From: a virus
Lineage: Duplodnaviria; Heunggongvirae; Uroviricota; Caudoviricetes
DNA length: 42,217 nt
IMG/VR virus record: IMGVR_UViG_3300013004_000034
Direction: 5' to 3' (one strand)
Shown: positions 25,976 through 33,783 of the stretch, in pieces
Position numbering within the stretch: position 1 is the stretch's first letter
Layout of the letters: every line of letters begins with the position of its first letter
Position numbers and translations under genes: made by a program
The notes under the pieces: model-generated
The model's input: the letters and a program-made list of their open reading frames with translations, nothing else
Databases searched by the model: none
What the model was told of the DNA's origin: nothing

Positions 25976-27130
25976 CTATTCTGCCCTCAGAAGGATGGTG
26001 TTTTCATTGATACGATGTTGGAGTGTAGCAGTCTTCAGCTCTTCAAGCATTTTACTTACAGCACGCTTAGCACCCTTAAGTGCTGTAGCAACATGTTGTT
26101 CGGTCTTTCTACCAACTCGATAGGTCTTGGACTTAACTTCGTCATAGTTAATCATTGTCGTACCCTTGACATCAAGGGTAGAGTGCTCGGCTGCATTGAA
26201 TACAGTCAGTGTTCGATACTTGGTATTGAAGGCCCACAGCTCAGTTGCCCCAATGATCCTTTCGGGCTTAATAGAAACCAGCTTGTATTCCTTAGACTCT
26301 TGCTGGAACTTTAAACCCTTGAGCTTTTTCTCAACAGGCACAACCTTCTTACGACGAGGTGTCTTTTGCTTCTTAGCAACATCAGAGAAGCGTTCACAAT
26401 TATCAATCAACTTAGCATAAAATGCTGCACGCTGCTTTTGCTGGATCTTGGTAAGGTTCTTGTAGCCTTCCATCAGTTGAGAGTTCGGCTTATTAGCAAT
26501 CAACTCTACAGCTTCATCAGCAATAGGCTTGAAAAAGTCACGGATCTTACGTGCAGTTACTGGTGTGACTTGCTTCTTTGTCAGCCAATCATAAACATCA
26601 ATCGACCAACCATTCTTATCAATGAATTCGTCAAGTTCACCGATAGTATCGGAAGCCTTATCCGCAATGCGATCTTGAATGCTCGGCTTGGGCTTTTCAA
26701 CAGGCTTCTCTGCAGTCTTCTTTACCTCAGAAGCTTCTTCAGCACTAACCCCGGCCTTATCCAGGGTTTCGCGCAAACGCAGTTCAAATGAACTTTCCCA
26801 ACCCAAGCCACCGCGTGTTATAATGCGCGCCGTCCATCCGGCTTGCAGATTAATCCACACATCTGGCACATTCTTAAGTGCACGCAGCTCGTTAGTGCGG
26901 CCCTTAGACTTGAGGTAAGTCTCAATATACTGACGAGCATCAGAACGCGAACACATGTAATTATACCAATTCAGAAGCTTGAGTATATCAAGCTCTGAAC
27001 GGTTCTTGCCATTAACCTCCGGTTCGGCGCCCATGTACTTGATATCAGCCAGTTGCTGAGCAACTTTGCCGGTACGAACCTTCTTAGTCTTAAGGCCCTT
27101 AGCAGCTGTAAGCATGGTACGACGAGCCAC
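25976..27130 (-). CDS. Conserved-looking T4-like hypothetical protein, basic
   Basis: LNWYNY...IIGATELWAFNTKYRTL...LDVKGTTMINYDE. GTG start at 27130 chosen because AAGGA lies upstream. Confidence 0.75.
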   Translation of the reverse strand: MARRTMLTAAKGLKTKKVRTGKVAQQLADIKYMGAEPEVNGKNRSELDILKLLNWYNYMCSRSDARQYIETYLKSKGRTNELRALKNVPDVWINLQAGWTARIITRGGLGWESSFELRLRETLDKAGVSAEEASEVKKTAEKPVEKPKPSIQDRIADKASDTIGELDEFIDKNGWSIDVYDWLTKKQVTPVTARKIRDFFKPIADEAVELIANKPNSQLMEGYKNLTKIQQKQRAAFYAKLIDNCERFSDVAKKQKTPRRKKVVPVEKKLKGLKFQQESKEYKLVSIKPERIIGATELWAFNTKYRTLTVFNAAEHSTLDVKGTTMINYDEVKSKTYRVGRKTEQHVATALKGAKRAVSKMLEELKTATLQHRINENTILLRAE

Positions 27131-27164
27131 AGATTTATTCCTTTGCAATCATTCGTTCTGTGTA

Positions 27165-27192
27165 ATTATATCACACACCGACGATTTGTCAA
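27165..27192 (-). promoter_or_regulatory. Sigma70-type early promoter
   Basis: TTGACA-16-TATAAT. Confidence 0.75.
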
Positions 27193-27196
27193 TACA

Positions 27197-27694
27197 TCAA
27201 ACAGGCTTAAAGTAGCTACCCCACTTAGTATCGTGGTTGGGATGATAGCTAGAATTACCCCAATCGTCGTGAGATCGCATCGTAATAGTAATAGAATTCT
27301 GGTTGGGCTCAATTGCGATCATCGGAATGATCGCCTTATACGTAGTTTGACTAGTCTTATATGTAATATTCAGCTCAGTAACGCCTTCAATTGAGCGCAG
27401 CTTATTGAGACCCGTAATAGAAATGTAAGAGCTCCAATTACTATGTCTGACATTATTACCAGTAAGATAGATGCCATGCTTATTAGCGACTGTCTTAACA
27501 ACACGCTCGACAAGCGTAGGTTGCTGTACAGCTTCAGCCTTAAAAACATCACCATAAGACAGCCATGCAGCCTTTGCAGCATTAAGCTCACGCTCTACCC
27601 ATGCATTGAACTCTGCTAGAGTAAAGTGCTCAGCGGGGAATTCCAGGTCAAAAGTAATAATCTTGTTCATTTTCATAATCTCTTTTAGCCGCAA
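27197..27694 (-). CDS. Hypothetical protein
   Basis: 165 aa ORF in a co-oriented chain; real start probably Met6 or Met8. Confidence 0.65.
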   Translation of the reverse strand: MRLKEIMKMNKIITFDLEFPAEHFTLAEFNAWVERELNAAKAAWLSYGDVFKAEAVQQPTLVERVVKTVANKHGIYLTGNNVRHSNWSSYISITGLNKLRSIEGVTELNITYKTSQTTYKAIIPMIAIEPNQNSITITMRSHDDWGNSSYHPNHDTKWGSYFKPV

Positions 27695-27915
27695 ATCTTC
27701 TTGCGGTCATCAATGGTATTAGCAGCAGCAAGAAGCATAGCAAGTACTACAAAATAGATAAAAATTGTAGCAATAGGGCCTAAACCAAGCAAATTAGCAA
27801 TATACTCAGCCAAAACTAGTGGACTAAGTGCAACTACCATTAGAGCAGAAAAACCTATTGCTATAATTGCAGTGTACATGGAAAATACACCGATACACTT
27901 AAGAAAACACTTCAT
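27685..27915 (-). CDS. Small membrane protein
   Basis: 76 aa, two long hydrophobic stretches. Confidence 0.6.
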   Translation of the reverse strand: MKCFLKCIGVFSMYTAIIAIGFSALMVVALSPLVLAEYIANLLGLGPIATIFIYFVVLAMLLAAANTIDDRKKICG

Positions 27916-28211
27916 TACGCAGCCTTTGTAACAGGTTGATATTCAATCTTAACAATTTCAACTGGTGCTACTTCACAGCATTCAATCATATCAGCGTCAT
28001 ATTGAAACGGCGACTCATCTTGAGATTCAGTGAGGCCGCGGCTATAGGTGGTCATATAGAACGTGTTATCATAGCTAAAAACCAACTCGTGATGTGAAGA
28101 CCACCTAGTCGTATCGAACTGTTCATCCAATACAATCTCAGCAGTCTTGCCGTTAATTTCTAGCTCATCACTCATGAGCAGTTCAATCAGATCTTCCTTA
28201 TTAAAGAGCAT
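27915..28211 (-). CDS. Hypothetical protein
   Basis: 98 aa acidic ORF, TAATG-coupled to both neighbours; TTRWSSHHELVF...YSRGLTESQDESPF. Confidence 0.7.
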   Translation of the reverse strand: MLFNKEDLIELLMSDELEINGKTAEIVLDEQFDTTRWSSHHELVFSYDNTFYMTTYSRGLTESQDESPFQYDADMIECCEVAPVEIVKIEYQPVTKAA

Positions 28212-29176
28212 TACGAATTCTCCGCCATTTCTAGAGCAGTTTCAAGAGCCTTAGTCTTGAGCATCTTGTTCGAACCATACCAAGAGCTCTGGAGTCGAGT
28301 ATCGGCAGTCCTGCCGGCAAGGTGGTCACAGTAGTAGGTGACACAGTTAAAGAGCTGCCAGAAGCTACCCTCGGCAAACTCAGCACCAGGCTGCGAATCC
28401 ACAATGGTCAATGCAGTCTTGGCAGACTTGCTGATCTCCTTCTTGGCATTGACCGGGCCCGAGACCGGAAACACGGTCTTGAAGTAGTCAACCATAGACT
28501 CGGCGGTATACCGCTTAGCGCCGAGGAAAGAGGCCATTTCCTTGTACTTAGAGAGCTTCTCCTGAGCAACCCCCAGCATCAGCTTCACATTGTCACCGTC
28601 AAACTCACGGCGATGGCTGATCTTGACCATCCGCTCGACCTTGGTATTCAAGGAAAGGGTCAGCGTGTTGTTACAGACCACCCGGATCGGAGTGAACCGA
28701 ACATCGGTCGAGCAGCCATACTTATGGAAGTTGGTGAAGTGAAGGTAGGAATCCACCCGGTCACCACCGAATAGCTCGAACGAGTCCTTGACCTTGGCGA
28801 GTGCCCACACGATCTGCCCACCACGGAGAGAGCCAGCGGTATGCATCTCCATGTCGCCCTCGGCGATGAAGTCGTTGAAAAACTCGAAAGCCTCTTCGTT
28901 CTGAACCGGATTCCAGTCGTCGGAGACCACGTCCAGGACCTTGTCATCCTCGGACCGCACCAGAGCCGACCAGCCAACCGAGGTCTTCTTGCCAGCAATG
29001 GTGGCATATGCCGGGACCTTATCCACCGTCCAGTTAAGGCCGGCCTCGTCCAGGACCTGGGCAGGAGTCAGGTCCGCAGAAACCTGCTTACCCAAGCCGT
29101 GCCAGGGAGTCTCGCCGACAAAAACCATTCGGGCGGTACCATCAGCATTCATTTCAAGTTCGTGAGCCATTGTCAT
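28211..29176 (-). CDS. DUF932 / TIGR03299-like phage-plasmid protein
   Basis: GETPWHGLG...AGLNWTV...PVQNEEAFEFF...TAGSLRGGQIVWALA...FTPIRVVCNNTL. Confidence 0.88.
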   Translation of the reverse strand: MTMAHELEMNADGTARMVFVGETPWHGLGKQVSADLTPAQVLDEAGLNWTVDKVPAYATIAGKKTSVGWSALVRSEDDKVLDVVSDDWNPVQNEEAFEFFNDFIAEGDMEMHTAGSLRGGQIVWALAKVKDSFELFGGDRVDSYLHFTNFHKYGCSTDVRFTPIRVVCNNTLTLSLNTKVERMVKISHRREFDGDNVKLMLGVAQEKLSKYKEMASFLGAKRYTAESMVDYFKTVFPVSGPVNAKKEISKSAKTALTIVDSQPGAEFAEGSFWQLFNCVTYYCDHLAGRTADTRLQSSWYGSNKMLKTKALETALEMAENS

Positions 29177-29196
29177 TCCTTCTGTTTGATAAGTGG

Positions 29197-29225
29197 ATCA
29201 TATCATGTTTTGGGGAAGTTGTCAA
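29197..29225 (-). promoter_or_regulatory. Sigma70-type early promoter
   Basis: TTGACA-17-TATGAT. Confidence 0.75.
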
Positions 29226-29234
29226 TAAAAAAGT

Positions 29235-29418
29235 TTAGCTATAGCGCCAGTACTTGCCCCCGCGACGGTAGTGGCGGGCATTCGGATTGTTCTTGCCGAG
29301 ACGTCCCTTTACCGCAAGGCGGCATCGCGGCCGCGATCCATTAGCTCCGAGCTGAGAATTGACCTTGCTGATCGTTGTTAACAACACCGACAAAGCTAGT
29401 AGAATTGCGAGTCGTCAT
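29235..29418 (-). pseudogene. Small early gene apparently split by a one-base frame change
   Basis: ATG at 29418 (GAGGG upstream) gives 25 aa ending at 29341. An overlapping frame without ATG reads ISKVNSQLGANGSRPRCRLAVKGRLGKNNPNARHYRRGGKYWRYS* ending at 29235. Confidence 0.35.
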
Positions 29419-29445
29419 GTGTTCTGTTTCCCTCTTGATGAGACC

Positions 29446-29510
29446 ATTATACCAGGATAGACGTATCGAGTCAACAGAAGTTTTATTACAATTACATAAT
29501 CCGGTATACC
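29446..29510 (-). promoter_or_regulatory. Early promoter cassette copy C
   Basis: GGTATACCGGATTATGTAATTGTAATAAAACTTCTG-TTGACT-17-TATAAT. Confidence 0.85.
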
Positions 29511-29744
29511 TTAAACCTGCTTCCGCAGGTAGATATAAAGGGTCGGCCGGGAATCTGGCATGCAGCTAACATCGATTCGCAACTGCACGTCCTCTTCCAG
29601 AGCTTCAGCATGCAACTGGTCTCGAAACTCATTCACATTACAAAAGTCAACTACAGTCTTGTATCGTCCGGTCTCGGCAAGAGAAGTCCAAACATCATCG
29701 GTATCAATTTCTGCAACATCGTTAGGAATTCCACAAATAGTCAT
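29511..29744 (-). CDS. Hypothetical early protein (77 aa)
   Basis: AAGGAG upstream of MTICGIPNDVAEIDTDDV; the longer track ORF is probably over-extended. Confidence 0.65.
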   Translation of the reverse strand: MTICGIPNDVAEIDTDDVWTSLAETGRYKTVVDFCNVNEFRDQLHAEALEEDVQLRIDVSCMPDSRPTLYIYLRKQV

Positions 29745-29748
29745 GCGT

Positions 29749-29919
29749 TTATTCTCCTTCCGGGTTATAGATGGTGTCGATTGCTGCTTCACGATCTGGT
29801 GTATTTGCAGCATACCAGTCCTGAGCAGCCTTGATGGTCTTGAATGGACCAACCGTCTTGGTAAACCCACCGTCGATGGTCTGAGTCTTCTCATAGACCA
29901 GGCAGTAGGTCATCTTCAT
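29749..29919 (-). CDS. Hypothetical early protein (56 aa)
   Basis: MKMTYCLVYEKTQTIDGG...; RBS-like AAGGAAGGGA; directly downstream of a promoter. Confidence 0.65.
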   Translation of the reverse strand: MKMTYCLVYEKTQTIDGGFTKTVGPFKTIKAAQDWYAANTPDREAAIDTIYNPEGE

Positions 29920-29947
29920 ACCAACTATTCCCTTCCTTATAGACTGG

Positions 29948-30006
29948 ATTATACCAGGATAGCGGACCTGAGTCAACACTAGTTTTATTAAAAATTTGTA
30001 ATCTTA
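29948..30006 (-). promoter_or_regulatory. Early promoter cassette copy B
   Basis: TAAGATTACAAATTTTTAATAAAACTAGTG-TTGACT-CAGGTCCGCTATCCTGG-TATAAT; 55/59 identical to 31023-31081. Confidence 0.9.
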
Positions 30007-30189
30007 ACTCTTTATGAAGCGCTTGACTATTGCCAGTTCGGACTCAGTCAGTGGAGCCTCGAAGATGACACCCTGGTGAGCCACACGCTCGGCCAGTCGA
30101 GAAAACATGTTGGCCTCTGCATCGATGCGAGAGGTAGTAGCCGCCGAATGGATCTTGGCAAGAAGAGTGGGCATATCCATCATGATCAT
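30004..30189 (-). CDS. Hypothetical early protein (61 aa)
   Basis: AAGGA RBS and its own promoter. Confidence 0.65.
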   Translation of the reverse strand: MIMMDMPTLLAKIHSAATTSRIDAEANMFSRLAERVAHQGVIFEAPLTESELAIVKRFIKS

Positions 30190-30211
30190 GGTTCCTTATT
30201 TCTCACTACCT

Positions 30212-30240
30212 ATTATACACACTTCCGAGATCAAAGTCAA
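30212..30240 (-). promoter_or_regulatory. Sigma70-type early promoter
   Basis: TTGACT-17-TATAAT. Confidence 0.85.
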
Positions 30241-30243
30241 CCC

Positions 30244-30387
30244 TTACTTGGGGTCCTCCTCAAACATTTGTTCCCCAGCTTGTTGCATGATTTCTTCCGC
30301 CTGGCCAGGCGCCATGCCTTTGCTGATGTATTGGCTGATCAGCAGTTCAAGATCCGCAGTAAAAGCTTGGTCCAAAGTGAGTTCCAT
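30244..30387 (-). CDS. Small acidic early protein (47 aa)
   Basis: Not in the track. MELTLDQAFTADLELLISQYISKGMAPGQAEEIMQQAGEQMFEEDPK*; GGAG RBS; first gene after promoter 30414-30442. Confidence 0.65.
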   Translation of the reverse strand: MELTLDQAFTADLELLISQYISKGMAPGQAEEIMQQAGEQMFEEDPK

Positions 30388-30413
30388 GGGGTGGTCTCCG
30401 ATTTGATAGGTGC

Positions 30414-30442
30414 ATTATACCATGGATAGCTATTAAAGTCAA
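30414..30442 (-). promoter_or_regulatory. Leftward early promoter at the divergence point
   Basis: TTGACT-TTAATAGCTATCCATGG-TATAAT. Confidence 0.85.
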
Positions 30443-30451
30443 CTGGTGACA

Positions 30452-30720
30452 AATCAATGGGTTAGCACTAACTTATTGATCTACAACAAACTTTCTACCT
30501 TAGGTTCTTACAATTTTTTCTAATTTTTTTGGATTCAACAACATCAATAGGTTAGCCGAAGCCTCACTACCAGCGATCTAAAGCACCTTAGTGGGTTTAC
30601 CCATCGTTGCTGTGGCTTAGATCGCTGGTGGCTGAACTTTCTGGCTAAACCATTGATCTAATTTACTTTTGGTGCTATCCTATATCCAAGTTAAACCATT
30701 GATCTAATTGACTTTTGATG
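30452..30720. repeat. Five ATCAAT-N3-TTA (IHF-consensus-like) motifs, nested inverted repeats and a 29 bp direct repeat
   Basis: Motifs at 30452, 30469(-), 30542, 30646(-), 30692(-). Direct repeat 30646-30674 vs 30692-30720 (27/29). Perfect 13 bp inverted repeat 30569-30581/30617-30629. Confidence 0.8.
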
Positions 30721-30796
30721 AAAATAGCTACATGTAGGCGCCAAATCCAGCGCCTCAGCTGACCTAGCCCTGTTACAATCTGTTACAAAACTCTTG

Positions 30797-30825
30797 GTGA
30801 CTTTAATAGCGGTTTGTGGTATAAA
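30797..30825 (+). promoter_or_regulatory. Rightward early promoter at the divergence point
   Basis: GTGACT-17-TATAAA; shares TGACTTTAATAGC with the leftward promoter. Confidence 0.7.
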
Positions 30826-30849
30826 GCACCTACCAACACGGAGGCTACC

Positions 30850-31041
30850 ATGGCTTACACCCAGATTGCGGATCGGATCATCGACCTGACCACCGACCTA
30901 GGCTATGGGATCGACATCGACTTCACGGGCCGCAAGCCCATCTCGATCAAGCCTCTCCGCGGTCCTTCCAAGAAGTTCTCCAAGATGGAAGATGCTCTCC
31001 AGTACCTTGAGACCCAGAAGTCTAAGATTACAAATTTTTAA
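30850..31041 (+). CDS. Hypothetical early protein (63 aa)
   Basis: GGAGG RBS before MAYTQIADRII; its C-terminus is encoded by promoter cassette A. Confidence 0.7.
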   Translation: MAYTQIADRIIDLTTDLGYGIDIDFTGRKPISIKPLRGPSKKFSKMEDALQYLETQKSKITNF

Positions 31042-31081
31042 TAAAACTTCTGTTGACTTAGGTCTGCTATCCTGGTATAAT
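31023..31081 (+). promoter_or_regulatory. Early promoter cassette copy A
   Basis: TAAGATTACAAATTTTTAATAAAACTTCTG-TTGACT-TAGGTCTGCTATCCTGG-TATAAT. Confidence 0.9.
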
Positions 31082-31110
31082 GCACCTATCAAAACGGAAG
31101 GAATGATCAT

Positions 31111-31971
31111 ATGCCGAGAGGTGTTTATGCTCGCAAGCCCAAGACCGACAAGTTCCGGGGTAAGCTCGACAGGCTCCTGAACGTGCAGCCGGCTCCGGCA
31201 GTCATCGAGACCGACGAAGAGATCGAAGCCAAGCTGGTTGAACGCTTCGAAGTTCTGGCTGACATGACGCAGGGCGCGATCGAAGGCGACATTCGCGCCA
31301 TGATCGTCTCCGGTCCCGGTGGTCTCGGTAAGTCGTATACGGTCGACAAGACCCTCGCGGCTTGGGATCCGGAAGCCACCGACTACACGGTCGTCAAGGG
31401 TTACGTCAAGACCCCGAGCCTCTACAAGCTTCTCTACAACCATCGTGCTCCTGGCCAGGTGCTGGTGCTCGACGACGCTGACTCGATCTTCAACGACGAC
31501 ACGTCGATCAACCTGCTCAAGGCAGCATGCGACTCCAGCGAGCGCCGGATGCTCAGCTATATGTCTGAGTATATCCTGATCGATGACGAGACGGCCGAGC
31601 GGCTGCCCAAGACGTTCCAGTTCGAGGGCACCATCATTTTCATTACGAACATGGACTTCGACGTGATGATCGACCGTGGCCACAGGCTGGCTCCGCATCT
31701 GGAGGCTCTTGTCTCTCGTGCCCACTATATCGACATGGCCATGAAGACTCAGCGTGACTATCTGGTTCAGATTCGCCTGAAGGTCAAGGCTGGCCTTCTC
31801 GAGAACATCGGTCTCGATGCCGCTGCTCAGGCTGACGTGGTCGAGTTCATCGAGAAGAACTACACCAAGCTCCGTGAGCTCAGCCTCCGGATGGCCCTGA
31901 AGATCGGTTCCAGCCGTCGTCGTAACCGTGCTAACTGGCAGCGCCAGGTCAGAGTTACTTGCATGCGCTAA
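31111..31971 (+). CDS. P-loop AAA-type ATPase
   Basis: Walker A GPGGLGKS, Walker B VLVLDDAD, FEGTIIFITN, ALVSR. Confidence 0.85.
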   Translation: MPRGVYARKPKTDKFRGKLDRLLNVQPAPAVIETDEEIEAKLVERFEVLADMTQGAIEGDIRAMIVSGPGGLGKSYTVDKTLAAWDPEATDYTVVKGYVKTPSLYKLLYNHRAPGQVLVLDDADSIFNDDTSINLLKAACDSSERRMLSYMSEYILIDDETAERLPKTFQFEGTIIFITNMDFDVMIDRGHRLAPHLEALVSRAHYIDMAMKTQRDYLVQIRLKVKAGLLENIGLDAAAQADVVEFIEKNYTKLRELSLRMALKIGSSRRRNRANWQRQVRVTCMR

Positions 31972-31987
31972 TATCTCTAAGCTCGAG

Positions 31988-32008
31988 AAGAAGCGTGGCT
32001 TCTTTGTT
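31988..32008 (+). terminator. Probable terminator after the ATPase
   Basis: AAGAAGC-GTG-GCTTCTT-TGTT. Confidence 0.5.
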
Positions 32009-32037
32009 AAGATGATCAAGAAATTTGCGGAGGCTCT

Positions 32038-32433
32038 ATGAAGATACAGTTTCAAGACTTAAATGGCAACATAACGGAGATTGAAGTGAACGAACCCGAA
32101 CTTCCTGCAGTTGAGACTGTTGATCCACTAAAGACTAATATGTATACCGTACAAATGCATTATGGAGCTACCGGTGAAGGTGCTACATATGCAGTGATGT
32201 ATACGCGCGGTTATGGACCAAATACAGATCCTAAGAAAAATGCGCTTGAAGAATTTGCTCGCGTGTTTGGATCATATTATGCTATAGGGGCTGTTGTACA
32301 TAACGGTATGGTATTTGATTTTTATGGTAGCCATTTGCTAGTATCTGAAAGCCTTAAGACCATGCTGATTGATTATGTGCGTAATGCAGGCGGACTAGAG
32401 TATCACGCTTCTATTCACTATAATTTTTCATGA
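32038..32433 (+). CDS. Hypothetical protein
   Basis: 131 aa with GGAGG RBS. Confidence 0.65.
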   Translation: MKIQFQDLNGNITEIEVNEPELPAVETVDPLKTNMYTVQMHYGATGEGATYAVMYTRGYGPNTDPKKNALEEFARVFGSYYAIGAVVHNGMVFDFYGSHLLVSESLKTMLIDYVRNAGGLEYHASIHYNFS

Positions 32434-32440
32434 GGTCGGC

Positions 32441-32725
32441 ATGCAACTGACACGACAGGATCTTGAAGACATTTGGGAGAATAAGCCGTACGGCTATTTT
32501 TCTAAGATGCTGAGTACCCGCAAGGGTAAAAAGAAGTATCGTGTCATTACAGAACTTCGAAAGACTTCCGTAATTGATACGGATGAACAAGAAGTGTGGG
32601 CTAAGGATGCAACTGCTGCGCAAAGTTTGGTTCATCAATCAGCAACCCTTAGACTTCGTAATAAGCATGGGCTTACCCAATGGGATGGCTTTGTAAACTA
32701 CACTTCCAAGGTGGTTTCTGTTTGA
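32441..32725 (+). CDS. Hypothetical protein
   Basis: 94 aa with GAGG RBS. Confidence 0.65.
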   Translation: MQLTRQDLEDIWENKPYGYFSKMLSTRKGKKKYRVITELRKTSVIDTDEQEVWAKDATAAQSLVHQSATLRLRNKHGLTQWDGFVNYTSKVVSV

Positions 32726-32750
32726 CAACATAAACTTACTATGGTATAAT
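32722..32750 (+). promoter_or_regulatory. Sigma70-type early promoter
   Basis: TTGACA-17-TATAAT with extended -10 TGG. Confidence 0.88.
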
Positions 32751-32773
32751 GACCCTAGTAAAGGAGATAGACT

Positions 32774-33088
32774 ATGAAGCTCATTCTGTGCGAGAAGTGT
32801 AGTGATATAGTTGCTTTAAAGACTGGCATTGATCGCAGCTGTGCTTGTGATCAGTCTGGTGGCCGCTATGTTGATGAGCTAAATGCTGAGGTTTGGGGCC
32901 CTTGCTTTAAGCTTGGCTTTGCTAACTCTTCGCTTATAGCAGCACTTCGAGCACAGAAGTTTGAAGGCGACTCTAAAGAGACTATGATCTACGGTTATAA
33001 GAGAGTCACAAAGGGCCGCGACTTTCAAGCATTTATTATTCCCGAAAGTGCTGACACGATGAAGAGGATTGATAAGCCTAATGTATAA
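32774..33088 (+). CDS. Hypothetical Cys-containing protein
   Basis: CEKCSD...CACDQSGG, possible Zn site; AAGGAG RBS. Confidence 0.7.
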   Translation: MKLILCEKCSDIVALKTGIDRSCACDQSGGRYVDELNAEVWGPCFKLGFANSSLIAALRAQKFEGDSKETMIYGYKRVTKGRDFQAFIIPESADTMKRIDKPNV

Positions 33089-33119
33089 GTTCTACAAGCC
33101 ATGATGGGACTCATTAAGC

Positions 33120-33350
33120 ATGACAGAATCAGTTAAGATTAAATCTTGGGAGTCTATTGATACAGCGCCGATAGACGGTAGTGCCGTCTTGTTGTGGCCA
33201 TATCAATACGGTAATGTTTGGCAAGGCCAGGCCAATAAAGAGGTCGTGCTAGGATATTTTGATGATCGGCGCGAAGAGTGGTTCAATCCAGAAGCTAAAG
33301 ATTGGTTCGAGCCGACTCATTGGACACCTCTTCCAACTCCGCCAGAGTAA
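33120..33350 (+). CDS. DUF551-like small protein
   Basis: WESIDTAPIDGSAVLLW...EPTHWTPLPTPP. Confidence 0.75.
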   Translation: MTESVKIKSWESIDTAPIDGSAVLLWPYQYGNVWQGQANKEVVLGYFDDRREEWFNPEAKDWFEPTHWTPLPTPPE

Positions 33351-33378
33351 AAAATGATCGAGGCTAGGTAGTTGATAT

Positions 33379-33783
33379 GTGGCGCCAAAATGGTCTTATT
33401 TGCTATCAGGTTGCAAAGGGAGCTTATTAATGATTATCGAAACCAAGTTTAATGTTGGCGATATTGTTTGGGTTGCTCGTTCTTATCCAGAAAGTCATCT
33501 TGACTCCATAGTTGTAGATGGAAAGACCTACTGGGCTTCTCATAAGGAGACTACGTATACATTTAATCCTGTTGCTAAGCAAAAGATTATTACTGAATTT
33601 GAGATTAAAATGACCGCGAATGGCATTGATGAAGTTTATTGGGGTCGCAATATTAATTCAGATGATCCTGTAGATTATATTATTTTTTCAACTGGGAGTA
33701 ACCTCATAGTGTTTGATACTGAAGAAGAGGCATATGCTTTTGCTGCAGAGAAGGCTGCTAACGGAGAATCTTTCTATGGCTGA
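33379..33783 (+). CDS. Hypothetical protein
   Basis: IETKFNVGDIVW motif; real start probably Met18 of the track ORF. Confidence 0.65.
   Translation: MAPKWSYLLSGCKGSLLMIIETKFNVGDIVWVARSYPESHLDSIVVDGKTYWASHKETTYTFNPVAKQKIITEFEIKMTANGIDEVYWGRNINSDDPVDYIIFSTGSNLIVFDTEEEAYAFAAEKAANGESFYG

Noticed and set aside
28322-29344. Plus-strand and alternative-frame ORFs over DUF932
   Set aside because: Shadow ORFs produced by biased codon usage. The same applies to those over gp32, pstS, gp7 and the tape-measure genes.
30476-30489. TTGAT-CTAC-AACAA as an FNR/FixK box
   Set aside because: One mismatch, a single instance, and the other four motif copies do not form this dyad.
30646-30720. 29 bp direct repeat as a CRISPR repeat-spacer-repeat
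   Set aside because: Only two copies with a 17 bp gap, and both are part of the IHF-like motif family.
30770-30789. CTGTTACAAT-CTGTTACAAA tandem as a Pho box
   Set aside because: The period is 10 bp, not the 11 bp of PhoB boxes. Its 3' half aligns with the promoter-cassette upstream element (TGTTACAAAACT vs TGTAATAAAACT), and it is far from pstS and phoH.
30898-32055. 385 aa minus-strand ORF
   Set aside because: Antisense shadow of the GC-rich ATPase; no motifs, promoter or RBS.
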